Shown here piece after piece: positions 52,788 to 64,000 of a stretch of 64,000 nucleotides of DNA. The translations under genes were made by a program, and so were the position numbers. The DNA is from Parasitella parasitica NRRL 2501. Its lineage: Eukaryota > Fungi > Mucoromycota. The notes beneath the pieces are model-generated. The model made no database searches. It was given only the letters and a program-made list of their open reading frames with translations, and was not told the DNA's origin. Every line of letters starts with the position of its first letter. Position 1 is the stretch's first letter. The stretch spans positions 17,612-81,611 of the forward strand of contig MU619247.1 in the NCBI GenBank assembly GCA_025201805.1. Reading direction: 5' to 3'.

Positions 52788-55348
52788 TTATTGTTGACGT
52801 TTCTTCCTCCACTTCTTTTTAACAATCTTGAATTCGGGAGTTGCAATGGCCGAAGATTTGGGTAGAATCAAGTTTAACTTTTTGCCTTCCATATCAGCCT
52901 TTCTACCTGTAACGAAATCACTCGCAAAGCGACGACCATCCATAGAGGCGGAATTTGCATAAATAATATCCTGTATAATCTCAGAGCAGCTATTGTCAGT
53001 TGGGAAGCTTAATAGCATTTCCAAGATCTCATCGCCGTTGACACCTGCATTGAGATCTCTCAGTGATAGCTTACACCATTCAAGAAATTCTTCACTAGGC
53101 CCTTTAGGTTCGCTTTTAATTGTTGGGTGTGTAGACGATGCAGAAGCTGTAGTTTGCTTCTCATCCTTTATCGCTTCATTTGCAGGGTTTGGAGAAGAGG
53201 ATATGGATGCAACTGGTTCATTCCAAGGGTTGCTTTGCTGTTTCTCTAAAAGAGACGAGCCTTTGTTTGTTGAAAATGATGGAGTCGTCGTAAAGAATTC
53301 TCGCGGTGATACTGAAGACAATGTATTGAATCGGGGGGAACTACTAGTGCCAATAGATGTTTTTTCTTCTAATTGGGTTTTACCTAATATCGTTTTCTGA
53401 GCATATGCTGTTTCCCAAGCAGAGCCTTCAACATATGGTGATTGACGAGCTATAAAAAAAAAGTTAGTTGTTATGCAATGCAAGTCGAATTTACTTGTTA
53501 TTTACTACTTTTTGACTGGATATCTTTGAGCGTAATTCCGTCTGTGGAATCTAGAGTGGTGTTTGATAACTGATTTATCGTTTCTGTGAATTGATCGTCT
53601 ACTGTGACGACAGGTTCCACTTGTGTTTTTGATGGAGAATGAGGTTCAGAGAGGATGATGGGCTCATGAGCAGCAGCCTTCGTTTCTTGTGTTTGTTGTT
53701 GATAAGGTAACCCCCAATAGATATGCCCTGAATCGGCAATGTGTGGAGTTCCAGGCAAAGAAGTCCAATCTTTATTTAACATAGGTTGTTGTAGAGGAAA
53801 ATTCTTGTTTCCATCAAAGCTCAATCTCGAATCCATGAACATGTCTGACTGTTGCTGTTGTTGTTGTTGCTGCTGCAAAATTCTTTGTTGAAGTTTCAAC
53901 TGATATTGTTGATTTTGACGTAACATGTGCAGGTATTGTTGTTCCATGTGTTGGTTTACGGCCAATTGATGATGGCGCTGCTGCTGAAATTCATTCATAG
54001 GATATCCGGGACTAGCTAAAGATCCAGCCGATTGTTGTCTTAGGCGCACACTGGTGTCACTCGGGCTAGTCAGCCATGGGCCTCTACTAGATTCTTCTTC
54101 CCGAGGAGATGCATTTGATTGGATTATGTTGTAACTAGTCATTGGCATACCACGAGCTAAAGGTAAAATACTAGGTGCGTTATTGCCAAACAGAGTCTGT
54201 GAGACGTTCGCACTGTGCAGGTATCCATTATTAGCGGTGAGGCTGTCCATACTCTGATCATTACTGCCACTGCTGTGCACTACCAAATTGTTATATGCAG
54301 TTGCAAAGGCTGATTTGCTTTGTAATTCTTGATTTTTTAAAGGAAATCGATCAGACGCTGGAAGCTGATTTGGGTCATTTCCAAAAGGACCAAATAACGT
54401 ATTGTTTAATAAGGGGGGTGTCAATGAAGGCAATAACCTCGAGTTTTCTTGTTGAATAGTAGGACAAGTGGCTAAAAAAGGTGCTTTAGGATCATTTGCT
54501 TGTTTAATTAAAACCGATAAAGGCTCAAAGAAAGGTACATCGTCTCGCTTGATTTTTAGTGAATGATTAAAGTACCCGGCGTCAAACCATTCCTGCATTT
54601 CGAAAGCAGTAAAAGGACCCTGTACTTTACCTGTTGGATCTTTGTACAGCCAGTGATGTAATTGATGAGTGGAAGTGGATGTGGAAGTGGGTGTAGATGG
54701 TGGCGGTGCAAATGATGATCTATTGAGGAAGCTGTTTGGATGAGATACAGCACGTCGATGCTCACCACCCTGAAAGATAGTCGAAGATGAAAAGATGTCA
54801 TTCTTTTCTTCAAATTCTGCATTTCCGTGAGGCAGCATTGCTGAGCCCAGGTGAAATACGCCGTTGCTGTCGAATGTACCCATATTGTCTTTATCATCTT
54901 CAATCCAAAATGGGACATCTTCATCTCCACTGCCATGTTTATTATTGACATCTATTGATAGTGGCTGTTACACACTTGAGATTTCAATGTTATTAGTGCA
55001 ATTTCTTCTTACCAGTCAGAATAGTACCCTTTGCAGAAGACAGTGTCTGTTTGTTAATGGGCGAATGAGAATTTTGGCTGTCGTTGATAGCAGCGTATTT
55101 ATGGTGTTTCGTTTCGACTAGTGCCTTTCCGTCCCACTTGTAAAAGCTTGGCATGTGGTCTTTAGATTGCCGGGAGAAAGATCTTGAATCATCTTTTTTT
55201 GCTGTTGGAACATTGCTGCTGCTGGTCCTGTTGCCACCACCACCACCACCACCACGCATCCTTTACACTGCTTGATTAAATACTTGAATAAGCAACCAAA
55301 ACCATCTAACGCTTACCATTCAGGGCCAAAATTCATTTGGGTGCTCAT
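52788..55348 (-). CDS. GYF-domain protein (Smy2/GIGYF-like)
   Basis: N-terminal MNFGPEW, MGTFDSNGVF, GYF domain WLYKDPTGKVQGPFTAFEMQEWFDAGYF and C-terminal EEFLEWCK..EIIQDIIYANSASMDGRRFASDF. Three introns. Confidence 0.88.
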
Positions 55349-55492
55349 ATTTTTCGGGGATGATCAAAAGAGGGGAAAGAAGAAGGAAGTTCAGATTGTG
55401 GGCTCGTTCTTTTTAAACCTTAAAATACCATCAACAGTGGCACAGAAAGAGAATGACGTCTTAATTAACATGCAATTTATTCAGGCTATTGT

Positions 55493-56646
55493 CTACGATG
55501 GTGCCAGTATGCAGAAAGCTCGTTCTACATCATCAGCCGAAACGATAATGTTGGCTGTCATGAACGTGCTTAAATAGAACATGTTGATATGTGCTTCGAT
55601 CGAGAGAGGCTTTGAGATATGCCGAACAATGCCGCATCTTTCAATGTTCGATCCAGAGAAATGCACTTGGATCACTCTTAGTCCTGATGTACCTTGGTCT
55701 CTCATGAGCGAGCATTCGTCAAATGTGTCGAGTATATGTGTGTCTGCAATCAAAGAGATGTCATTGTTCGTAGTGACAAAAGAGCAAAAACGTTTGTGGA
55801 GATTGCTATGTTGAGATGTCAGCATGGACATAATATACGCACCAAAAGCCCAACTTACTCGATTCTGCTAGGAACCAGATCAGAAAAGCAGAGCGTTTTG
55901 AGGACTGTGTGAACCCAGCCAGATCGATGGTGTCTATTCAGCCCTACACATTGTAGTTCATTCGCCAGCACATTTATATCCAACAAAAATTGCGTTGGAT
56001 CAACAGGAGATGAAGATCTAGTATCCTCATCATCAGCTTCCTGTTCGAGTATAGAGGGTATATTAGAATATCTTTCATCTTGATATTCTTGGTCAATCTC
56101 GAATCCGTATTGTCTCAATGCCTGCATGACTTTATATAACTTGGGCTCACTGACGAGAACAAAATCTGTTTGATATGTAGAAATATACAAGATTGAAAAT
56201 CGTCCTTCTGCAAGTGGCCCGGAAATTTCACTGATACGCTTTCCGCTGAGCTCTACATACGCATGAGTTAATTTGGATTCTCACATGGCGGTTGTGTACC
56301 ATCATTTCACCTTGACCGCCTTCATCATCTACTTGCAATACTCGGAATACGCCATTGGAAACATCCAAATCAGGGCAGTTTACTGCCTCCAGGGCAGGTA
56401 AAAAATCTCTTTCAATGGTCTTTTCATTTGCTACGATGGATATGCCATACGAATTTTCAGTAAATGAAAAAAAGTAGTCATTTCTACCAAACATTGGTTG
56501 GTGATGAGCATGATTTTAACAGGATCATTCACTTACGCATTTATATCACTGAAAAGCAAAATCTTTACGATAGCATGTGTCACTTGGACCAGATGGGATC
56601 TAGGAAAGTTGATGATCTTTAATCTCGGCGGTAATATTGTAATCAT
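55493..56646 (-). CDS. CASTOR/GATS-like tandem ACT-domain protein
   Basis: FFSFTENSYGISIV, ISGPLAEGRFSILYISTYQTDFVLV, FCSFVTTNNDISLI and ERCGIVRHISKPLS..MFYLSTF give the four-ACT CASTOR architecture. Three introns. Confidence 0.85.
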
Positions 56647-56963
56647 AATGCAACATGGAAGAAAAAGAAAAAAATAAAAAAATCAGCAGAAGCCTTGTCA
56701 ATTTCTTTTTGGGCAAAACGCCGGTGGTTCAAATTGGAGGTTTTGCACAGTACGGTGTTGACTACGATAAAGAAGCCTACTTTGACATTGCACCACGTTT
56801 GAAGCATAAAATCAATAGACTGAATACGTGAATCTCATAATTTTTTCGCTGTTCAGCAAAATGCAATGACTTGATGCGCATACATACGGTGTGTTGATGA
56901 ACCAACGCTTTGCGTTACCATAACATGACACTCGATGACTCAGAGTGCACACAGGGCTGCAAA

Positions 56964-59900
56964 TTAATTCAGGATAATGTATTCACCGCATAAAAGGTAC
57001 TGTCCAAAATAGCCTTTATTTAACTGCTTGATGGCCTTTTCATACATACAAGGAGAATGATCCATAAACATGGTTCTGGAAAAGACAATTTCCGAAAAAC
57101 GAGCTTGGACATCATCACATCGACTAAATTTAATCATGTGTGCTGTTTTATGCTTGGATTCTACTCTTGTATTTGTACGAGGACATGAGGACGAATGTAA
57201 TTTGGACTCTGTATTTTGCACTAATTGAGGAACAGACTCAATCAAATACATGGTGCTGGGCGGGAAGAGTTTCTCGGCACGCATGTCAGCACGCATGGTT
57301 TTAATGAGAGCCCAAAACCACTGATCTTCCTCTTTCTCCTCTTCATGGCTATTAGTGGCAGTAGGATCTTTTTGCTGTTCAAAACTTGTGGGGGTTTTTC
57401 TTTGGTGATAACGACTTATAACCCGACTCAAAATTTCGTCAGTAACATAGCTATCTTCATGCAAGCTGACTGCGATGTTCTTAAAGTCCTTGAGTAGGCC
57501 CAAACTTAGGCCGCTGACAATGTCGAATGCGTGGATCACGCTGGTAACGAGACCTTGCCCACAATATTCGCTTAACGGAAGTGACATAACACAGGGCGAC
57601 CCATAAGTGTAGCAATGAATGGGTCTTCCTGCTGGCAATCCTGACAATTCGGATGTTACAAAAGGGCACGAAACCTTCTTGATGGAAGCAGCAGCAAAAG
57701 AATCAAAAAAATTGCGAGGCAGTGAGCTGTCAGTATCCTGATTCAGCATCATTTGTCTTGACAAGAAATGTAGCTTCTCTTCGCTCCAGAGAACACTCAA
57801 CAAAGATGCCACACCGGCTCCCAAAGAATGGCCACAGAGGATCAGCCCATACTGAGGGTAGCTTTCAAGCCCCTTTTTTATAGCTTCAAATACTTTGCCC
57901 TTTTGTGTAGCTAATAATTGAGCTGCCTCTAGCATACCCCCATGCGCTACATATGCTCTCCGGTGACCTCCATTAGCTTCTTCGCCATGGGAAATACTAT
58001 CAGTAGGCAATGTGAACTCCTTGTAGTCGCATGTCAAATCGGTCAAAACATCACCTAGCCCCAAGGTGCCTCTACATGTCAGCACAATAGCTTCTGCATA
58101 ATGATCCACAGTTACATAATGTACCAACGCATGCAGCTTGGAATGACTGACAGAGGAGAGTAAGTGGCTGTCAGTATAGCTGGATAGCAGAATATCTTGA
58201 ATTGATACGCCTGTGTGATAAGCAAATGCATGGTGATTGGGATGATGTGAGTCGGGTAGCACGCTGGGAATATCTCCAATGCCTAGAATACGCATGAATG
58301 ATTCGCCGTACGCAGCACTTGCGTAGCGAATGAAATGGGCAATGTTACTGATAATATGCCTTCGAGGAAAGTTTTGCGGGTTTGGCTCGAAATCTAATGG
58401 AGATTTAGTTGGGTTGCAGCGTAGTTTGGCTGGGACAGAGGGCGATCGCATCAAGGAGCGCGAAGATGAGGGAGATAGCGATGGAGGAGAAGTATAATAA
58501 GACGTTGTTTTCAACGTGCGCGCTGTACTGGACAATGAAGTCAAGCTGGTAATAGAATTCGACTTTTGCAAACAGGACATGTTATTGCTACTCTGGTTAC
58601 TGGAGGTTGGCACAGACGGTACTGTGGGGAGGGTTTTCTTTTTGCCACTCGTACCAGTTCTACTTTCATTCTTTGCATTCTTTCCTTTATGAAATATATT
58701 AGATATACTCTTTTTTTTGTTGAGTGTCTTCATTTTCAGACCACTCCAATACATGCGCCTTGCAGGCTTGGTCTCGATTTCTTCATCATCACTCACGACA
58801 TTATTTATTACTGGTATTTTTGGAGTAGGCTTGCTGCTGATGTTCTCCTTGTGCAAAGTTGATAAGTATTGAGTAGATGATTTCTGTTGCTTTAGCGTCG
58901 CTGATGTACTAGTTATTGTCGTAACTGGGCCTTCGAATTTATCTTCCATGTCTTGGCCATTAGAATAATCCTTTAGTAGGCCATATTTTGTATGTCTCTC
59001 TGCCTTTTTTCTGGATATCTTCTTTGACACTGAAGATAACATTATCTTGAATTTACTGTTTATTGCCAAAGTATCCGTTGTGCTCCAATTGTATGTTGCC
59101 GTGGCATTTGTTTTATGCACATCATCAGCCATTGCAGTCTTCTTTCTCGGCTGGTTCTCTAACCCATAGTCTATAACAGCCACAAACGATTCCTTATCTT
59201 CTTCGTTTGTTATATCTACAACTTGCTTGGCGTTTATTAGTCTATTCCCATGCCCATCAATTGGCCTGATCCTAGTTGTTCTAGTTGTAATGCAACTTGT
59301 TCCAGTTGTAATTTCATATCTATTATACGGATTACCGTAATTGTCAAGGCATATATCAATTGATCTGTTGTTTAGACCCGACGATGCTGATGAAAGACTG
59401 GCTAGTGAAGTGCTATTTACCGATTCATGAAGGTCCTCTTTTAGATGATTATCTGCTGCAGTTGAATTTGCTATAATCTCTTCTAGTTCGTGCATAACAT
59501 CTGTGTGTTGTTGATCAGAGATGCTAACAGATGATTGCTGTGGCTGGCCAGTGACACCTTTTTGATACTGAATCAAGGCACGGGTACTCTCTTCCTCCTC
59601 AACAACTAGACCCTTCCATAAGACTGTTATTCTCATATGCTGCATGGTTCTCTGATGCGTTACACTCTGGAGTACAGCGAATGCAGTCATTGCTTTCGTA
59701 AGGCCCGAAAGTATGGCAACTTTACCAACTTTTGTTAGGATGAAGTCAGGGTCATTTATAAGCTCACGGTGCACAAGTGCGATAATCGAAGCGATTGCGC
59801 GAGACGATTCATTCGAGCCAAAAATCCCGTCAATAATGCCTACAGACTCCTCGGCAGCCTATACATCTATTTGAGTGTTTTTTTTTTCTTTTTCTATAGA

Positions 59901-60559
59901 GCGTTTCAGCTACACTTTACCATTAACCCATATTTGATGGAGTTGGATGTAAACTGCAATCCAGACAGCGCAAATAATTCTGCCAATGTAAATGTATGAT
60001 GGACAATATACACACCCAAGCTTGTGTATTTATCAAGCACTTGCAAAAATCCACTTCTGAGCGTGGAGAATAACGATTAGTAAAGTTGCTCTATGCAAAA
60101 AACGTTGGCAAAATTTGCCTTACTTTTCTTCATCAATTTGAGTCGTAGTATCGGATGAGGAGGTTCCTCCTGCCGAAGATGCTGTCAATTCGTGCAATTT
60201 CTTGGCTGTTGAAAGAGCGTTGATTATTGCTTGTCTAGACAAGCCAAAAGAAAGAGATGTGCTGTATTTTACTGACTCTAATAATGCTTCTATAAAAAGA
60301 GACGAACATCTAATTGATAACCGGGCAGCTAGAGCGATGGCTGTAATAAAACTAGCAATATTTTCGGGCAGTAGTGTGGGCGACGAATTATATATTGTAG
60401 ATGAATATTTTGTAAGCTGTTGCGTAGAGACAACCATTTCTATCAAAACCTAAAATAAAGGGGCATAAAAAGATGATCTATCTCGAAAGAAAGAAAAAAG
60501 TGTGTTATCCCATTATATAGATACCTTCTGTTTTCGGATTTACGTGTTACTGGATCCAT
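56964..60559 (-). CDS. Class 3 lipase (diacylglycerol lipase-like) with a long low-complexity N-terminal region
   Basis: YASAAYG, VLTCRGTLGLGDVLTDL, AHGGML, nucleophile GHSLGAG, DIV and MFMDHSP. Three 5' introns; the 3' end may have one more small exon. Confidence 0.88.
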
Positions 60560-62939
60560 TACTTCATGTGATAACGATAAAATGGTCTAAAATTTCCACT
60601 TGATACATACAACCGGATACCGATACGACAATAGAGTTCTTAAGGTCGATTGTATATACACACTTTGCGTCCATCATGTAAAAAGAATAAAGCAGTCGAA
60701 TTAATGGCAGAAACCCAAATACCTGGGTATTATGTATAGCCTATTCTTCTCTCTAATCACAAGAAAAGGATATTACGATGCATGATGAAACGAATAAGAG
60801 AGTAAATTAATACGATTCAAAACAAATTGTTATAATGCGATACATGAAACAAGATGCTTATTCAACGCAATCATTCTCGACCACATGATGAGAGACTAGT
60901 GTGATGTTTTATTTACAGCTTAAGCTTGCGTAAAAAAAAAAAAAAAAAAGATACGCTTTATTAGAAATTCGCTACAGATTCCCCTTCTAAATTTCAAGCA
61001 GCAAAGTGTGCGGTTATGCTAGAGTCAACTGTAGCCTAAATTTGCGCAAAAGAATCTACTAAAAATGAAAGACTGCCTTTGATAAGCAAAGGTAACTTTT
61101 TAGTAAAAAATGGCATTAAGCATTATATTGTAGTTCAACAATGCATGTATGACAATTTAGTCTATACAATTATACCAGAATTGAATCTCTTCCTTAAAAC
61201 AAGCCTCCAGAAGTGGCAATCAATCAAAAATGGCAAAAATTTTAACTAAAATGATATACAAATGATCAGTTAAATTTAACCTGAATATAAATTGCCAACT
61301 CACCCAGATATCCAAAAAAAAAAAAACCTTAAAACACCTCGTAACTATCCAAATATCATTGTCCATCTAGAGCACCGCTTGCTTAAACACAGTAAATGAG
61401 CAAAAAGAGCCCATCTGCTTCTGTATGGCTTTTTTTCCAGTATTCAGCGACGACCATCTTTCCGGCTCCTGTAAATAAATCTCAGAGGGTAGTAGACTCA
61501 AAAAAACATGCAGTGTAAAGATTTACCTAGATAATATATAGAGCTCTACTACTATTTTACTTGTTTGAATACAATATATACTATACTCTATACTACATGG
61601 CACCTGTAGTAGACAGCCATGTCCAGAAATATATATCATTGACCACAATGAATAGACTCTGGCTTACCAAAATTATGACAAGATGATAGCCCTGACGTTG
61701 TAGAAAACGGGGGGGGGGGTTTTTTAAGAAAAATACATAAATTATTATATTTCAATTTGGGGCCTTGACAAACAAAGAAAAACTCATGTTCTTACAGCTG
61801 ATGAATTTGTATATATTGCGGTAATCGAATGATGATGTATTAATTACATCTGATATGTGATAGAGTACAATTATTTAGTTGTAAAGAGGTAGAATGATGT
61901 ACTATGTTAATGTCTAGTTGGAATTTCTAATTGCTGACTATTTGGGCCATTACTTTCTATGTAATATACGTGAATATTTTACTGGACATGCAATAATTAA
62001 CAGCAATGTATGGAGGTAAGTTTATGGTGATAAACTCCTTTATGATATTAGATGTTGATCAGAAGTGGCAGGTCAATTGTGTAGATAGCGGAACTATTAG
62101 AATTAAGCAGATATTTTTACTACTACTGTTCCCCGACAAATTGTAAAAATTCAATCTATTTAAAATAATTGGAATTTCATGTAAAATGGGACATCATGTT
62201 TTGATTTAAATTACATGATACTTGCTACATTCTCTTATGTATTAGCTTCTGTTTAGAATAACAAAATATAGACAGAGCAATGCAATTAGAACTGAAAATA
62301 TTCTTCTTATTTTGCTATTCCAATATTGTATGAGGCTTTAATAAATTAGTGTACGTTTTGAAAGTATTTATGGTTATTTGACAGTGCCGCAGCAATAGAA
62401 CTATGATCTGGGATGAGGTGTAGTAAAAAAGTGTAAGAACAACAACAGATACAATTTAATTTCTTCTTTATTTTGAAATAGGGTAGCGTGCAAAGGTTCG
62501 ACATTTCTACTCTATTTATATTCGTTGTTGTAAACGGTCTGTCTGTCAGTTATACGCCGTAACTGTCAGTCAAGTTTTTCTGTATTTGATTTTACATAAA
62601 TAAGTACGGTATGTTATGTCAAAAGTCTGATAAAATAAATCTGCCAAAGAATTACACTTTTATTCATAATACATCTCTCGATGTATTATATACACATTCA
62701 TTACACTAGGGTTCTACTGTTTAGCTGCATAATAATGTAAATCATGACTACCCATGATATACTGTAAACGCTTATTGAATACTTTTAATAAGGTCCAAAT
62801 ACTCAAAGCGTCATAGCTCGATATCAACAACAGCTACCAACTTCTACACCGGGATATACATAGGCATCTATCTAATCTATATCCAAATCAAATTTCGTGA
62901 TCTTTCAACCACATTTCACCAAATTCACTTTCTGCCATC

Positions 62940-63684
62940 ATGCCAACATCATGGGCTGACAGGGTCGCTGGAGGCCTCCAGCGTAAGGTCGCTAACACGG
63001 TCCGTCGTGTTGATTCAAACAACCAGTTGGAACGTCCAATTATTACAACCCTCTTTGAAGTGGAAGACTTGCAGCAGCAACTAATTGTTCAACGTGGTGC
63101 AGCAGCCATTGCTCAAGATATTTTGTATCAAGGCTCGGTTTTGTTTACTTTCCCTGCAGCAGATTTCCCAAATCGTACGACTGTTTACTCTTTAATTCAG
63201 GAACAGATCGGCCGCATCAACAATGTACGTCCCATCAGCAAGATGGGCACACAACAACGTCAAGATCTAATTGTCGAGGTCCAATTCGATTAGCCTGACG
63301 ATATTACAAGGGCGGTGACCATTGGAGTCATTTACAAGGAAAGATGTTACAAAGGCACTCCAACCAACGTCGGCACCAGTAATACTCTCGTCAAGCTTCT
63401 GTTGAACAATGTCCCTTGGTCCGCTGGTCTAAAAGCCACAGATTTCGCTCATCAAATGGTCGAATCGCTTGGACACTACGGTAGAGTGTGCTAACTGCGC
63501 AAACATACCTGTGCTGGTGGTTTTTTCGAGGGAGAAGTTTCTGCACTGCTTGATATCAGTGACACCGAGGTTTCCTACCTGTCTTTAGGCCGTAATGTCT
63601 ACCTCGACGACTGGTGTGATCGTTACGTGTCTGCTGCTTTTAAGGGTGCTCCAGTTGTCTGCCACTATTGTCGTAAGTCTGGGC
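62940..63684 (+). mobile_element. Degenerate ORF1 (gag-like) of an L1-type non-LTR retrotransposon, truncated in its zinc knuckle
   Basis: MPTSWADRV start. The frame continues through TAG (63291) and TAA (63492) to SLGHYGRV..GFFEGEVSALLD..FKGAPVVCHYCRKSG (CX2CX4H cut before the His). Confidence 0.72.
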
Positions 63685-64000
63685 TGTTGTATCCATATAA
63701 AGGCTATATATGTCATATCTAACTTAGTCATAATGCACGGATCATGATATATTAATTGTTGGTAATTCTTTTACAAATAAGGAATAAGCTACAAGTTGTA
63801 ATTGGACCTCTTGCAAGGTTTCAGGCTTATTCAAAGAATACATCTAGATCAGATCGCGGGATGTCGGGAAGACATCCTACCCAATCTTCTCTTTAATGTA
63901 AAATAGAAAGATAGGTCTGTCCTGGAAATGCTGTGATTTAATAAGGTTTGGCGCTTCTTGTCAAACGAACCCAAATAGATGGTTTCTTATACAAGACATT
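63685..64000. mobile_element. Possible LTR or other insertion interrupting the LINE ORF1
   Basis: Abrupt switch at TGTTG.. (an LTR-like 5' end) from coding-like to AT-rich non-coding sequence, exactly inside the zinc knuckle. The other end is not visible. Confidence 0.35.

Noticed and set aside
60452-60525. Lipase intron 1 (GTATCTAT) as a minor U12-type intron
   Set aside because: Does not match the RTATCCTTT 5' consensus and has no TCCTTAAC branch site.

Overview
Gene-dense, intron-rich, AT-rich eukaryotic DNA. The short GT-AG introns, gene repertoire and transposon types point to an early-diverging fungus (Mucoromycota/Mucorales; inference). About 24 protein-coding genes were recovered: ALG11 (partial), a PAAF1/Rpn14-like WD40 protein, TFIP11/Spp382, CDC45, a GT10 fucosyltransferase, an Lsb5-like VHS-GAT protein, a Utp16-like protein, BSD2, an RGS protein, a class I PDE, septin CDC12, MEF2, MRM1, FHIP, TOP1, SIW14, RPS24, a Sel1-repeat protein, a DUF4504-like protein, a GYF protein, a CASTOR-like ACT protein, a class 3 lipase and small hypotheticals. 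There are also several decayed elements: a Tc1/IS630 transposase, a LINE ORF1 cut by a probable LTR, a PD-(D/E)XK-like nuclease pseudogene, an L-fuconate dehydratase pseudogene and a possible Fanzor/TnpB scrap. The top observations are not visible in the ORF track or need residue-level reading: (1) an intact 4-exon gene (52049-52748) for a close relative of the Mucorales ricin-like toxin mucoricin; (2) a CASTOR-like sensor with Ala at the position of the arginine-binding Asp304; (3) a PDE lacking the invariant purine-reading Gln, directly upstream of an RGS gene; (4) a GT10 fucosyltransferase with a C-terminal membrane anchor. Family assignments rely on recalled motifs, not on database searches. 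Exon boundaries were read by eye.
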